Assembly (NCBI GenBank): GCA_963810485.1
Contig: CAWENQ010000006.1
Location: 89,111 to 153,110 of the forward strand
Reading direction: 5' to 3'
Source: an uncultured Alphaproteobacteria bacterium
GTDB lineage: Bacteria; Pseudomonadota; Alphaproteobacteria; Dongiales; Dongiaceae
DNA length: 64,000 nt
The position numbers and the translations under genes were made by a program. Shown piece after piece: positions 1-11,104 of this stretch. How positions within the stretch are numbered: position 1 is the stretch's first letter; the number at the start of each line of letters is the position of its first letter. A model generated the notes under the pieces. The model was given only the letters and a program-made list of their open reading frames with translations. It searched no databases and was not told the origin of the DNA.

Positions 1-580
1 CCTGCAGAAACCGGATCGATGGCGCCGACAAGCCTTCGAGCTGGCCGCGCGCAGCCCGCAGGCCGAGGGCGCCGTCGCCGATCGTGCCTGATACCAGGAT
101 GCTGTCGCCCTTCTTGCCATCACCGCGGCGCGGCGTGCGGCCGCGCGCCGCCGCACCCACCACCGTCATGGACAGAGTCAGCGGCCCCGGCGTCGCCGTG
201 GTATCGCCGCCCAGCAGCGAGAGCCCGTACTGCCACTGGTCCTCCGCCAGGCCGCCGGCGAAATCGGCGATCCACTCCTCCTCAACATCCTGCGGGAAAA
301 CGGCGGCCAGCAGATAGCCCAGCGGCCGCGCGCCCTTGGCAGCGAGATCGGAGAGATTGACGCGCAGCAACTTGCGCGCGATCAGCCGCGCCGGCTCCTG
401 GCCGGTGAAGTGGATGCCGGCGACAATAGCGTCGGTCTTCAGCACCAGATCTTCGCCGGCGGCGACAGCAATCAGCGCGACATCATCGGCCAGCGACGCT
501 GCGCCGGGCGCGCCCGCAGCCAGCGGCGCGAAATAGCGCGCAATGAGTTCGAATTCAGTCGGCTTTGGTTTCGCCGTCAC
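1..580 (-). CDS. thiL: thiamine-monophosphate kinase (partial; 3' end runs off the window)
   Basis: Minus-strand translation of 1-580 gives (V)TAKPKPTEFELIARYFAPLAAGAPGAASLADDVALI...LVLKTDAIVAGIHF...LLGGDTTATPGPLTLSMTVVG...ILVSGTIGDGALGL, which are ThiL hallmarks. It sits in the usual position downstream of nusB. It is not in the ORF track. The GTG start at 580 is tentative and overlaps the nusB 3' end. Confidence 0.75.
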   Translation of the reverse strand, partial: MTAKPKPTEFELIARYFAPLAAGAPGAASLADDVALIAVAAGEDLVLKTDAIVAGIHFTGQEPARLIARKLLRVNLSDLAAKGARPLGYLLAAVFPQDVEEEWIADFAGGLAEDQWQYGLSLLGGDTTATPGPLTLSMTVVGAAARGRTPRRGDGKKGDSILVSGTIGDGALGLRAARGQLEGLSAPSIRFLQ

Positions 581-1091
581 GGGGCGCTCCAGGGACGGCG
601 CCGGCCGGCACCAGGCGCTGCAGAATCGCATTGACCAAATGGGTCTCGCGCTCGGCGAAGAAAGCGTCCGCCAGCTGCACGTATTCCGTGATCGTCACCT
701 CCGCCGGCACATCCAGATCCTGCAGCTCATAGGCGCCGGCGCGCAGGATCGCTTTCAGCAGCGCCTCGAAGCGATCGAAGGAAAGATCGCCGCCCAGCAC
801 ACTGGACAGCTTGAGATCGAGGGTATCGCGATCGGCGCTGACGCCGCGGACGATACGGCCGAACAGCGGCTGGTCGGGCTCGGGCATGCCCTCTTCCTGC
901 TCCCCCGCGACCATGCGATGCAGGCGGAATTCGCCGATGACGTGGTCGGTGCTAACGGCGTTCATGTCCATCTGATAAAGCGCCTGCACCGCCCGCAGGC
1001 GCGCCATCGTGCGCGCGGTCGGCGCCATGCGGATGCGCCTGGCGACGGGCTTGCGCTTGCCACTGGGGGGAGCGGGATTCATTCGCGGCAC
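555..1091 (-). CDS. nusB: transcription antitermination factor NusB
   Basis: 178-aa ORF with ARLRAVQALYQMD, LLKAILRAGAYEL and VTITEYVQLADAFF...LVNAILQRL. It follows ribH, as in many bacteria. Confidence 0.9.
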   Translation of the reverse strand: MPRMNPAPPSGKRKPVARRIRMAPTARTMARLRAVQALYQMDMNAVSTDHVIGEFRLHRMVAGEQEEGMPEPDQPLFGRIVRGVSADRDTLDLKLSSVLGGDLSFDRFEALLKAILRAGAYELQDLDVPAEVTITEYVQLADAFFAERETHLVNAILQRLVPAGAVPGAPRDGETKAD

Positions 1092-1094
1092 ATC

Positions 1095-1548
1095 CTAGAG
1101 GCTAAGACGGCGCTTGAGGTCATACATGGCGAGACAAGCCTGCGCCGCCTCGCCGCCCTTGTTCTTGCGATTGACCCTGGCGCGCTCCCAGGCCTGTTGG
1201 TCGTTCTCCACGGTCAGCACACCGAAGCCAAGGGCCAGATCGTGCTCGAGGATCAGCTCCTGCACGCCGCGGGCGCTTTCGTTGCAGACGATGTCGTAGT
1301 GCGTGGTCTCGCCGCGGATGACGCAGCCCAGCGCCAGATAGGCGTCGAATGGCCGGCGCTTGACCTTGATCGCCGCCTGGATCGCCATCTTGATGGCGGC
1401 CGGGAATCTCCAGCACGCCGGGCACGGTAAAGCGCTCATAGCTCGCGCCCGCCTTCTCCAGCGCGGCAATCGCGCCCTTCGCCAGCTCATCGGCGATATC
1501 GGGATAGAAGCGCGCTTCCACGACCATGACATGCGGCGACGCCGCCAT
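1095..1548 (-). pseudogene. ribH: 6,7-dimethyl-8-ribityllumazine synthase, frameshifted as assembled
   Basis: The N-terminal part [49 protein letters not shown] is in the frame of ORF 1120..1548. It continues as [10 protein letters not shown]...[27 protein letters not shown]...[17 protein letters not shown] in the frame of ORF 1095..1532. There is one extra base in the CCGGG run near 1400-1404, and the 454-nt length is not a multiple of 3. Confidence 0.85.
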
Positions 1549-1597
1549 TCTCTTACTCCACTTGTTGTGCGCCGCTGCTGCGGCCGGTGATGCCCGA

Positions 1598-2743
1598 TTA
1601 GGCCGCCGGATCGATCTGACGTTGACCGACGACCTTCAGGCCATAGCCTTCGAGGCCGACGATGGTCCGCTTGGTGTTGGACAGTAGGACCATCTCATGG
1701 ACGCCGAGATCGAGCAGGATCTGCGCGCCCACGCCATAGTCGCGCAATTCCGGCACCGGCGCCGCGGCCTCTCCTGCAGCCGCACGCACGCGGTCCGACA
1801 GCGAGGTCGGCAGCGGCTCGCGGATCAGCACGATGACTCCGCGGCCCGCCTCGGCGATCATGCGCATGGAGGTGTGCAGCATGCGGTCGCGCCCGCCGCT
1901 GACATCGCCGAGGACGTCATCGAGCACATTCAGGGCATGCATGCGCACGAGCACTGGATCGGCACCGCTGATATCGCCCTTCACCAGCGCGATATGCTCG
2001 GCATAGGCGACGCGGTTGACATAGACCAGCATGCGGAAATCACCGCCGTGCCGGCTGCTGAACGGTACTTCCGTCACGCGCTCGACGATGCGGTCGTGGC
2101 GGCGGCGATAGGCGATGAGGTCGGCGATGGTGCCTATTTTCAGGCCATGGCGCTGAGCGAACGTGATCAGGTCGTCGCGCCGGGCCATCGTGCCGTCGTC
2201 ATTCATGATCTCGCAGATCACGCCGGCGGGGATCAGGCCGGCCAGCCGCGCGATATCCACGGCAGCTTCGGTATGGCCGGCGCGCACCAGCACGCCGCCT
2301 TCCCGCGCCATCAACGGAAACACATGGCCGGGCGTGACGATGTCCTGCGGGCCTTTGCCGGGATCGATGGCGACGGCGATGGTGCGCGCCCGGTCGGACG
2401 CAGAGATGCCGGTGGTCACGCCTTCGCGCGCCTCGATCGACACAGTGAACGCGGTCTGGTGCCGCGTGCCGTTATGCTGCGCCATCAGCGGCAGCTTGAG
2501 CTGCTCGACGCGCTCGCCGGTCATCGACAGGCAGATCAGGCCGCGGCCATACTTGGCCATGAAGTTCACGGCCTGGGGCGTCGCCATCTGCGCGGGAATG
2601 ACGAGGTCGCCTTCGTTCTCGCGGCCTTCATCATCGACCAGCACGAACATCTGGCCGTTGCGCGCGGCCTCGATGATCTCCGCCGTCGGCGACATCATCT
2701 GCGTAAAGGTTACGCGCCAGGGTTCGATATCGGGCTTGCTCAT
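1598..2743 (-). CDS. ribBA: bifunctional 3,4-dihydroxy-2-butanone-4-phosphate synthase / GTP cyclohydrolase II-like protein
   Basis: 381 aa. DHBP synthase motifs are present ([42 protein letters not shown]), followed by a C-terminal cyclohydrolase-II-like half. Confidence 0.9.
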   Translation of the reverse strand: MSKPDIEPWRVTFTQMMSPTAEIIEAARNGQMFVLVDDEGRENEGDLVIPAQMATPQAVNFMAKYGRGLICLSMTGERVEQLKLPLMAQHNGTRHQTAFTVSIEAREGVTTGISASDRARTIAVAIDPGKGPQDIVTPGHVFPLMAREGGVLVRAGHTEAAVDIARLAGLIPAGVICEIMNDDGTMARRDDLITFAQRHGLKIGTIADLIAYRRRHDRIVERVTEVPFSSRHGGDFRMLVYVNRVAYAEHIALVKGDISGADPVLVRMHALNVLDDVLGDVSGGRDRMLHTSMRMIAEAGRGVIVLIREPLPTSLSDRVRAAAGEAAAPVPELRDYGVGAQILLDLGVHEMVLLSNTKRTIVGLEGYGLKVVGQRQIDPAA

Positions 2744-3333
2744 GGTCCGTTCACTTGGAGAAGGCGCGCAACGTAGCGCGCCACCGGGTCGATTTCCAGG
2801 TTCACCGCATCGTCGATATGCGTGCCGCCGAGGTTGGTTTCGCGCTGGGTGATGGGGATGATGTTAACGCCGAAGCGGGCGCCTTCAACATCGTTGATTG
2901 TCAGGGACACGCCATCGACGGCGATGGAGCCCTTCGGCGCGATGAACTTCGCCAGGGCCGCCGGCGCTTCCACCACATAGCGGATGCTGCCGCCATCCTG
3001 CCGCCGGTCGGCGACGCGGCCGATGCCGTCCACATGGCCGGAGACGATATGCCCGCCGAGCTCGTCGCCGGCCTTCAAGGCCCGCTCCAGATTTACCGGT
3101 GTGCCCACTTTCCATTTGCCCAGTGTGGTGACCGCCATGGTCTCCGCCGAAGCCTCCACGGCAAACCAGCCCGGCGCCTTGTCGACCACCGAGAGGCAGA
3201 CGCCGTTGCAGCAGATCGAAGCGCCGAGGGTGATGCCATCGGTGTCGTAGGCGGTAGCGACCTCCAGACGCGTCATGGCGCCTGGCGCGAGGGACCGGAC
3301 GCGGCCGAGATCGGTGATGATACCCGTGAACAT
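2740..3333 (-). CDS. ribE: riboflavin synthase alpha chain
   Basis: 197 aa starting MFTGIITDLG, with two lumazine-binding repeats (GASICCNGVCLSV and GSIAVDGVSLTIN). There is a 4-nt overlap with ribBA. Confidence 0.9.
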   Translation of the reverse strand: MFTGIITDLGRVRSLAPGAMTRLEVATAYDTDGITLGASICCNGVCLSVVDKAPGWFAVEASAETMAVTTLGKWKVGTPVNLERALKAGDELGGHIVSGHVDGIGRVADRRQDGGSIRYVVEAPAALAKFIAPKGSIAVDGVSLTINDVEGARFGVNIIPITQRETNLGGTHIDDAVNLEIDPVARYVARLLQVNGP

Positions 3334-3341
3334 GACCCAAC

Positions 3342-4427
3342 CTAGGCGGCGGGAGCCCAGATTTCCAGTACGTCCTGGCCGCAGGGAGTGCGCTCGCGCA
3401 GATGAAAACGGCTCATCCGATCAAGGTCTTGCAGGCCAAGGTCGGCGATCGCCGCACGGCCATCGCCACCAAGGATGGCCCCGGCGCGGAACCAGTAGAG
3501 CCGGTCGACCAGGGAGGCCCGCAACAGCGCCGCCACGAATTCACCGCCACTTTCGACCAGCACCCGGGTCAGGCCCCGTTCGCCCAGCCTGGCGAACAAG
3601 GCCGCAAGGTCCAGCTTGCCGTCGGCGCCCGTGGCGATCTCCAGGAGTTCGATGCCCTTCTTCCGCAGGCCATCGGCATGGGCAGCATCCGCGCCAGGGC
3701 CATGGACCACCCAGGTCGGAGCCGCGCCGTCGAACACGCGCACCGTCGACGGCAGCCGCAGGCTCCGGTCGAGGACGATCCGGACCGGTGAGCGGTCCGC
3801 CATTCCTGCGAGCCGGCAAGTGAGCTGGGGATCGTCGGCGGCCACAGTGCCGGTGCCCACGAGGATGGCGTCATGGGTCGCCCGCAGGAGGTGGGCGCGC
3901 TGGCGGGCGTCAGGGCCGGTGATCCAGCGGCTCGCGCCATCGGCCAAGGCGATCCGGCCGTCCAGCGTGGTGGCCAGCTTCAGCGCCACCATTGGCCTGC
4001 CCTGAGCCAGGCGCGTCAGGAAGCCGGCATTGATCTCCCGCGCCTCTGTGGCGCCAGTGCCGAGCGTGACCTCGATATCGGCCGCCCGCAGCGCCGCCAG
4101 GCCGCGCCCGCTGACGCGGGGATCGGGATCCTCGACGGCCGCGACCACGCGCTGCACGCCCGCGGCGATCAGAGCTTCGGCACAGGGCGGGGTCTTGCCA
4201 TGGTGCGAACAGGGTTCCAGCGTCACATAGGCCGTGGCGCCGCGGGCCAGATCGCCGGCGCGCGCCAGCGCCTCAGTCTCGGCGTGAGGACGGCCGCCCG
4301 CCTGGGTCCAGCCTCTGCCGATGACGCGCGAACCGTACCCGTCGCGCGCGACCAGGACGCAACCCACAGCCGGATTGGGCCATACGCGCCCCAGGCCGCG
4401 CCGCGCCAGCGCGAGGGCGGCGTCCAT
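3342..4427 (-). CDS. ribD: bifunctional riboflavin biosynthesis deaminase/reductase
   Basis: Deaminase zinc motif HAETEAL...PCSHHGKTPPC, then the reductase domain (KLATTLDGRIA...LVESGG). I prefer the ATG at 4427, because the longer track ORF (to 4577) would overlap nrdR. Confidence 0.85.
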   Translation of the reverse strand: MDAALALARRGLGRVWPNPAVGCVLVARDGYGSRVIGRGWTQAGGRPHAETEALARAGDLARGATAYVTLEPCSHHGKTPPCAEALIAAGVQRVVAAVEDPDPRVSGRGLAALRAADIEVTLGTGATEAREINAGFLTRLAQGRPMVALKLATTLDGRIALADGASRWITGPDARQRAHLLRATHDAILVGTGTVAADDPQLTCRLAGMADRSPVRIVLDRSLRLPSTVRVFDGAAPTWVVHGPGADAAHADGLRKKGIELLEIATGADGKLDLAALFARLGERGLTRVLVESGGEFVAALLRASLVDRLYWFRAGAILGGDGRAAIADLGLQDLDRMSRFHLRERTPCGQDVLEIWAPAA

Positions 4428-4458
4428 ATGGGCGGCGTCCTCGGCGAGAGTGGGCCGG

Positions 4459-4917
4459 TCAGTCGGCTTCGGCGCCGAGCTTGCCAACAAATTCCTCGAA
4501 GTCTTTCGCCTCGCGGAAATTGCGATAGACGGAGGCGAAGCGCACATAGGCGACCTGGTCCAGGTTGGCCAGGGCATCCATAACCATCTGGCCCACCAGC
4601 GTGCTGGGGATTTCGCTCTCGCCCGAGCTTTCCAGGCGCCGGACGATGCTGTTCACCACCCGCTCCACGCGCTCCGGGTCGACGGGCCGCTTGCGCAGCG
4701 CGATCTGCATGGATCGCACGATCTTGTCGCGGTCGAACGGTTCGCGCTGGCCGTTCGATTTGACCACCGTAAGCTCGCGCAGCTGCACTCGCTCGAAGGT
4801 AGTGAAGCGCGCCCCGCAATTCGGGCATTGCCGACGGCGGCGGATGGCCGCGTTATCATCCGTCGGGCGCGAATCCTTTACCTGCGTATCGTCATTGCCG
4901 CAGAACGGACAACGCAT
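4459..4917 (-). CDS. nrdR: transcriptional repressor NrdR
   Basis: 152 aa. Zinc ribbon [17 protein letters not shown]...[12 protein letters not shown] followed by an ATP-cone. Confidence 0.95.
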   Translation of the reverse strand: MRCPFCGNDDTQVKDSRPTDDNAAIRRRRQCPNCGARFTTFERVQLRELTVVKSNGQREPFDRDKIVRSMQIALRKRPVDPERVERVVNSIVRRLESSGESEIPSTLVGQMVMDALANLDQVAYVRFASVYRNFREAKDFEEFVGKLGAEAD

Positions 4918-4950
4918 GACCGGCCTCCCCCGCCGTCTCGTTCGGATTTC

Positions 4951-6258
4951 TTAAGCGAGGTTGGGATAGATCGGGAAGCGCCGGCAGAGATCCAGCACCT
5001 CCTTGCGCACGGCCTGCTCCGCCTTGCTGTTGTCGGCGGGATTGGCCGCCAGACCGTCAAGGACGCGGATGATCATCTGGCCAAGATTGCGGCACTCCGC
5101 CGGGCCGAAGCCGCGGGTGGTCACCGCAGGCGTGCCGAGCCGGAGGCCGGAAGTCACCATCGGTTTCTCCGGATCGAAGGGGATCGCGTTCTTGTTGCAG
5201 GTGATGCCCGCATGTTCGAGGCTTTCCGTCGCCGCCTTGCCGGTGAGCTTCTTCGGCCGGAGGTCCACCAGCATCAGGTGATTGTCGGTGCCGCCGGCAA
5301 CGATGTTCAACCCGCCCTCCAGCAACGTCGCCGCCAGCACCTTGGCGTTCTCGACGATGGTCTTGGCGTAGGTCTTGAACTCCGGCCGCAGCGCCTCGCC
5401 GAAGGCCACGGCCTTGGCGGCGATGACATGCATCAGCGGGCCGCCCTGCAGGCCGGGGAATACCGCCGAATTGATCTTCTTGCCGATCTCCTCATCCACC
5501 GAGAGGATCATGCCGCCGCGCGGGCCGCGCAGCGTCTTGTGCGTGGTGGTGGTCACCACATGGGCATGGGGCAGCGGGCTGGGATGCACGCCACCGGCGA
5601 CCAGACCGGCAAAGTGCGCCATGTCGACCATGAAGTAGGCGCCCACGGAGTCGGCGATCTTGCGGAAGCGCTCGAAATCCCAGAAGCGCGAATAGGCCGA
5701 GCCGCCGGCCAGGATCAGCTTCGGCTTGGTTTCCTTCGCCAGCCGCTCCACCTCGTCCATGTCGACGCGCTGATCGTTCTGGCGGACATTGTAGGGGATG
5801 ACCTTGAACCACTTGCCGGACTGATTGACCGGCGAGCCGTGGGTGAGATGGCCGCCGGCGGCCAGATTGAGGCCCATGAAGGCATCGCCCGGCTGCAGCA
5901 GCGCGAAGAACACCGCCTGGTTCGCCTGCGCGCCCGAATGGGGCTGCACATTGGCGAAGGCGCAGTTGAACAGCTTCTTCGCCCGCTCGATGGCCAGCGA
6001 CTCCGCGACATCCACGAACTCGCAGCCATTGTAGTAGCGGCGGCCGGGATAGCCTTCGGCATATTTGTTGGTCAGCACCGAGCCCTGGGCCTCCAGCACC
6101 GCCGACGAGACGATGTTCTCCGACGCAATCAGCTCGATCTGATCCTGCTGGCGGCGCAGCTCGTCGCCGATCGACCTGAACAGGTCCGGATCGCTCTGAG
6201 ACAGGCCGTCGGTAAAGAATCCGCCGGACGCCTGGGACTTGGTCGCTGTTTGAGACAT
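4951..6258 (-). CDS. glyA: serine hydroxymethyltransferase
   Basis: 435 aa with [21 protein letters not shown] and the PLP-lysine motif [14 protein letters not shown]. Confidence 0.95.
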   Translation of the reverse strand: MSQTATKSQASGGFFTDGLSQSDPDLFRSIGDELRRQQDQIELIASENIVSSAVLEAQGSVLTNKYAEGYPGRRYYNGCEFVDVAESLAIERAKKLFNCAFANVQPHSGAQANQAVFFALLQPGDAFMGLNLAAGGHLTHGSPVNQSGKWFKVIPYNVRQNDQRVDMDEVERLAKETKPKLILAGGSAYSRFWDFERFRKIADSVGAYFMVDMAHFAGLVAGGVHPSPLPHAHVVTTTTHKTLRGPRGGMILSVDEEIGKKINSAVFPGLQGGPLMHVIAAKAVAFGEALRPEFKTYAKTIVENAKVLAATLLEGGLNIVAGGTDNHLMLVDLRPKKLTGKAATESLEHAGITCNKNAIPFDPEKPMVTSGLRLGTPAVTTRGFGPAECRNLGQMIIRVLDGLAANPADNSKAEQAVRKEVLDLCRRFPIYPNLA

Positions 6259-6301
6259 GGGCCTGATTCCCTTCCCTACTCCTGCTGCCGCTTGACCGCG
6301 G

Positions 6302-6736
6302 CTAACTTAGCTTGTCGATCCGGCGCTGATGCCGGCCGCCCTCAAAGGCGGTACTGAAGAACATGCGCACGCAGTCCCGCGCCGCCTCCGGCCCGATCAG
6401 CCGCGCGCCGAGCGCCAGGACATTGGCGTCGTTGTGCTGCCGGGACAGCCGCGCGCCCGTTGCATCGTGACACAGCGCGGCGCGAACATGGCGATGCCGG
6501 TTCGCGGCCATGCTGATCCCGATGCCTGTGCCGCAGATCAGCACGCCCTGGGACGCTTTCTTCTCCGCCAGCGCCGCGGCGACCGCATCTGCGAAGTCCG
6601 GATAATCCACGGAGTTCGTACCCTGTGTGCCGAGGTCGCTCACGGCGAAGCCCAGGCCCTCGAGTTCGCCTTTCACCAGCGCCTTCAACTCGACCCCGGC
6701 ATGATCGGACGCAATGGCGACAACGACCTTGGACAT
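6302..6736 (-). CDS. rpiB: ribose-5-phosphate isomerase B
   Basis: 144 aa of the RpiB/LacA/LacB family ([28 protein letters not shown]). Confidence 0.9.
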   Translation of the reverse strand: MSKVVVAIASDHAGVELKALVKGELEGLGFAVSDLGTQGTNSVDYPDFADAVAAALAEKKASQGVLICGTGIGISMAANRHRHVRAALCHDATGARLSRQHNDANVLALGARLIGPEAARDCVRMFFSTAFEGGRHQRRIDKLS

Positions 6737-7197
6737 GGTTCACGAATGGTCCCGGACAGGAGTGGATCGCGGGATCAAACACCATTAGTCGCCAGGGGGC
6801 AACTCCCGACCCCCAACGCCTCGTTTTATCCGGACATCCGGCGTTTCGGTGGCTCGCTACCCGCGATGCCAGCCCAAGCCTTTGTGGGAGGCGGCTTTCC
6901 GCATTGCGGAATCGCGAAACTTACTGCCGCTGAACGCATTTACAACTTCGGCACGCGGTCATCTCATCGGTTCGCTGGAGACTACTCGCGAGCAATCACA
7001 AATGCTGTTGCGACGCATTACAAAATTGCCACATGTACAAAAACTGAGCACACGAAAAGAATCTTATCCCAATTCGTTTACATCGGCAGGAAAACGCGGA
7101 AAACGGCTAATTGAATTGACACTTTTCACATGTTGTGCGATGGCGGGGACCCGCCAAGTGAATAGATATTCTGAACTTAGAACAGGGGCCAGGAACA

Positions 7198-7632
7198 ATG
7201 CCGGATAGCGATAAAGTTTCGGCGGAAGAACTGTTGCGAATGACCACGGATATCGCAGCGGCTTACGTCAGCAACAATGCAATTGCTTCACCGCAATTGC
7301 CGGAAGTCATCAAGACAATCCACAGTTCCCTGCTGGCTTTGCAAAGTGCAGCCGGAGGGCCCGAAGGTCTCACGCCGGCGGTGCCGATTAAGAAATCGAT
7401 TACACCGGATTTCATCATATGTCTGGAAGATGGAAAGAAGCTGAAGATGCTGAAGCGCCATCTCCGTACGGCGTACGATATGACACCTGAGGAATATCGG
7501 GCGAAGTGGGGCCTGCCGCCGGACTATCCGATGGTGGCGCCGAACTACGCCGAGCAACGCTCCGTCTTCGCCAAGAAGATCGGTCTGGGCAGATCTCCCG
7601 GCGCGCGCCGCCGGGGACGCGGACGGAGATAA
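7198..7632 (+). CDS. mucR: MucR/Ros family transcriptional regulator
   Basis: 144 aa. PAVPIKKSITPDFIICLEDGKKLKMLKRHLRTAYDMTPEEYRAKWGLPPDYPMVAPNYAEQRS aligns to the Ros DNA-binding domain recalled from memory. It is preceded by a 460-nt AT-richer intergenic region. Confidence 0.9.
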   Translation: MPDSDKVSAEELLRMTTDIAAAYVSNNAIASPQLPEVIKTIHSSLLALQSAAGGPEGLTPAVPIKKSITPDFIICLEDGKKLKMLKRHLRTAYDMTPEEYRAKWGLPPDYPMVAPNYAEQRSVFAKKIGLGRSPGARRRGRGRR

Positions 7633-7646
7633 GCAGCTTTCGACGA

Positions 7647-7672
7647 CTGCCGCGTTTCGCGGCAGTTTCTGT
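7647..7672 (+). terminator. intrinsic terminator after mucR
   Basis: 8-bp stem CTGCCGCG / CGCGGCAG with a TTT loop, followed by TTTCTGTCT. Confidence 0.6.
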
Positions 7673-7715
7673 CTCAAGTATCGGGAAGCCGACGACGTTC
7701 TCGAAACGACTTCAA

Positions 7716-7755
7716 AAGAGAAGAGCCCGGCACCGCAAGGCGCCGGGCTCTCTTA
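7716..7755 (-). terminator. intrinsic terminator after livJ-like gene
   Basis: Stem GAGCCCGGC / GCCGGGCTC (7723-7731 / 7742-7750). On the minus strand it is followed by TTCTCTTTT. It lies 25 nt past the stop at 7777. Confidence 0.55.
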
Positions 7756-7776
7756 TTCAAGCCTGGTTAGCGGCAG

Positions 7777-8895
7777 TTACATGCCGCCAGCTTCGGCGTA
7801 CTTGCCGTCCTTGAACACGTACCAGACATAAGCGGCCGAGGTCAGGTCGCCCTTGGCATCAAAGCCGAGCTTGCCGATCACGGTGTCCCAGTCGTGGCTG
7901 CGCAGAGTTTCCGCAACCTTGGCGGAGTCGGTCGTGCCGGCTTCCGTCACGGCAGCGGCCCATACCTGCACGGCCGCGTAGGTGCTCAGCGTGTAGCCTT
8001 CCGGCTCGAAGCCCTCGGCGCGGAAGGACTCAACCACCGCCTTGGCTGACGGCAGGTTGCGGGCTTCCGCCGCATTGGTGAACATCACGCCATCGGACGA
8101 GGCGCCCGCCAGCGTGGCGAACTCCTGCGTGTTGAGCGAGTTGCCCGACAGCAGCGCTGCATTGAGGCCCTGTTCGCGGGCCTGCTTGACGATGAGGGCC
8201 GCCTCGGGATGATAGCCGCCGAAGTAGATCACATCGATCTTGGCTTCCTTCATCTTCGTCACGAGCGCGGTGTAGTCCTGCTCGCCGGCAGTAATCGCCT
8301 CGTACATCGCCTCATTCTGGCCGGCGGTGTTCATCGCCGCCTTCGTCAGGTCGGCGAGACCCTGGCCGTACTGAGACTTGTCGTGAACGATCGCGACGTT
8401 CTTGCCCTTGAAGTGTTCGGCAATCCAGGGACCGGCGAAGGAGCCCTGCTGATCGTCACGGCCGCAGGTGCGGAACGTGAGATTGCTTGGCGCTTCATCA
8501 GTGAACTTCGGATTGGTCGAAGCCGGCGTGATCTGCAGGATGCCTTCCTCGGCATAGACGCTGGAAGCCGGGATCGACGAACCTGAGCAGAAGTGACCGG
8601 CCACGAACACGACGCCCTTGGCCACAAGATCATTGGCCACGATCGGCGCTTGTTTCGGATCGCACTGGTCGTCGCCCTTTTCCAGCTTGATCTGCTTGCC
8701 CATGACGCCGCCGGCCTTGTTGAGATCGGCCACCGCCTTCTCAGCGCCACGTGCGAGCTGCGCGCCAAACTCGGCGAGATCGCCGGTGATCGGACCGGCC
8801 ATGCCGATTGTGATGTCCTCGGCTTTGGCCGTCGTCACGCTCAACGCCGTCGCGAGCGCGGCTGCGGCGAGCAACGGGAATTTGACTTTTTGCAT
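7777..8895 (-). CDS. livJ: branched-chain amino acid ABC transporter substrate-binding protein
   Basis: 372 aa. Signal peptide MQKVKFPLLAAAALATALSVTTAKA, and Leu/Ile/Val-binding protein family features throughout (ITIGMAGPITG, GVVFVAGHFCSGSS, DVIYFGGYHPE). Confidence 0.9.
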   Translation of the reverse strand: MQKVKFPLLAAAALATALSVTTAKAEDITIGMAGPITGDLAEFGAQLARGAEKAVADLNKAGGVMGKQIKLEKGDDQCDPKQAPIVANDLVAKGVVFVAGHFCSGSSIPASSVYAEEGILQITPASTNPKFTDEAPSNLTFRTCGRDDQQGSFAGPWIAEHFKGKNVAIVHDKSQYGQGLADLTKAAMNTAGQNEAMYEAITAGEQDYTALVTKMKEAKIDVIYFGGYHPEAALIVKQAREQGLNAALLSGNSLNTQEFATLAGASSDGVMFTNAAEARNLPSAKAVVESFRAEGFEPEGYTLSTYAAVQVWAAAVTEAGTTDSAKVAETLRSHDWDTVIGKLGFDAKGDLTSAAYVWYVFKDGKYAEAGGM

Positions 8896-9114
8896 TCAGA
8901 CTTCTCCCTGATCGATTGAAAAGGTGCCGATCGGATGACCGGCCCTGTACTTGGAATCTCTAGACGTCCTCCAGAGCTGCCCGCAAAACGCGAGTTGCCG
9001 TAATACTATCATGCAGCAACAGAGGGGCAATTCCTTCGCACACTTGTTTCGCGAAGCCGGCCACGATCAATCCTGAAGCGCCGCCCCGCAAAATTCTCTC
9101 AACACATTGTTAAT

Positions 9115-9501
9115 TCAGGATATTTCGCGCCAGCTCAACAGGCCGGCGCGTTGATAGAGCCAGGGGTACTGCGCCACCATCTTCTGCGCGAGCGTGATCC
9201 GGTAGGCGAGCAGCGCTATGCCGATCAAGACCGCGGTCTGCAGGACATAGGACAGCAGATTGATCGGATCGTCGGCGATGAAGAAATAGTGGAACAGGCG
9301 GTTGGCGACCCCCAGCAGCAGTCCATAGGCGACATTCTGCCAGGCGGGACGCCACGTCTCCGCCAGGGCCCGCCCCATCATCATCGCGCCGAAACCGAAA
9401 ACGATGATGGTCAACAGGATGAAGCCAACCCAGCTGCTGCCCAGCGGGTCATCGAAGTTCAGTATCCGATGCGAAAACGACTGTGCTGCCCAATCTTCCA
9501 T
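9115..9501 (-). CDS. small multi-pass membrane protein associated with liv operons (DUF6867-like; family name from memory)
   Basis: 128 aa with three hydrophobic spans. It lies directly downstream of livF in the same orientation. Confidence 0.55.
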   Translation of the reverse strand: MEDWAAQSFSHRILNFDDPLGSSWVGFILLTIIVFGFGAMMMGRALAETWRPAWQNVAYGLLLGVANRLFHYFFIADDPINLLSYVLQTAVLIGIALLAYRITLAQKMVAQYPWLYQRAGLLSWREIS

Positions 9502-9518
9502 CGCTGCCGTTCCCGATC

Positions 9519-10230
<712 letters not shown>

Positions 10231-10240
10231 GTGCGGCGCC

Positions 10241-11104
10241 TCATGACTGCATCCCCAGATCCTTGGCAACCTCCGGCGGCAGTTCCTCGTCCTCCGCCTC
10301 GCCGAGATAGGCGCGGATGACGTTGGCGTCGGAGCGGATCTGCGCCGGCGTGCCGTCGGCGATCTTGCGGCCATAGTCGAGCACGACGATATGGTCGGAG
10401 ATTCCCATCACCACGCTCATGTCATGCTCGATCAGCAGGATGCCGATCTTCTGCTCGTCGCGGATGCGCAGCAGCAGTTGGTTCAGCGCCGCGGATTCGT
10501 TGGCATTGAGGCCCGCCGCCGGCTCGTCGAGGCAGAGCAGCACCGGATCGGTGCACATGGCGCGGGCGATCTCCAGGCGGCGCTGGTCGCCATAGGGCAG
10601 GCTCGCCGCCGGCCAGTCCGCCTTGGCGATCAGGCCCACGCGCTCCAGCCAATGCGGGCGATCTCGACCGCATCGCGCTCCGCCCGCCGATAGCCGGCCA
10701 GGCCGAACAGCCCGTTGACGCGTACAGCCGGAAGCGCGCATCAGCTTGTTGTGCTGCGCGACCATCAGGTTCTCCAGCGTCGACATGCCGCCGAACAGGC
10801 GGATGTTCTGGAACGTCCGCGCGACATGGGCCTTCTGCGAAATGCGGAAGCCGTCGAGTTGCTCCAGCAGGAAGCTGCCATGGCCCGCGTTCAGCGTGAG
10901 CCGGCCGACGGTCGGCTTGTAGAAACCGGTGAGGCAATTGAACACCGTGGTTTTGCCGGCACCGTTCGGCCCGATCAGCGCAGTGATCAGCCCGGGCGGT
11001 GCGTCGAACGACACGTCATCGATCGCCACCAGGCCGCCAAATCGCATGGTCAGATGCTCGACCGCGAGCAGCGGTGTGCCATTCATGCCGGATGCCGCCG
11101 TCAT
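10241..11104 (-). CDS. livG: branched-chain amino acid ABC transporter ATP-binding protein LivG (ORF intact, but about 24 codons are read out of frame between two compensating indels)
   Basis: Walker [10 protein letters not shown], signature and Walker [13 protein letters not shown]. The internal stretch [29 protein letters not shown] is nonsense. The adjacent frame reads [24 protein letters not shown], which is LivG-like. Confidence 0.85.
   Translation of the reverse strand: MTAASGMNGTPLLAVEHLTMRFGGLVAIDDVSFDAPPGLITALIGPNGAGKTTVFNCLTGFYKPTVGRLTLNAGHGSFLLEQLDGFRISQKAHVARTFQNIRLFGGMSTLENLMVAQHNKLMRASGCTRQRAVRPGRLSAGGARCGRDRPHWLERVGLIAKADWPAASLPYGDQRRLEIARAMCTDPVLLCLDEPAAGLNANESAALNQLLLRIRDEQKIGILLIEHDMSVVMGISDHIVVLDYGRKIADGTPAQIRSDANVIRAYLGEAEDEELPPEVAKDLGMQS

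Noticed and set aside
1095-4950. FMN riboswitch expected near riboflavin genes
   Set aside because: The gaps between nrdR, ribD, ribE, ribBA, ribH and nusB are only 3-50 nt or overlaps, and I saw no RFN-like element there. Any FMN element must lie elsewhere in the genome.
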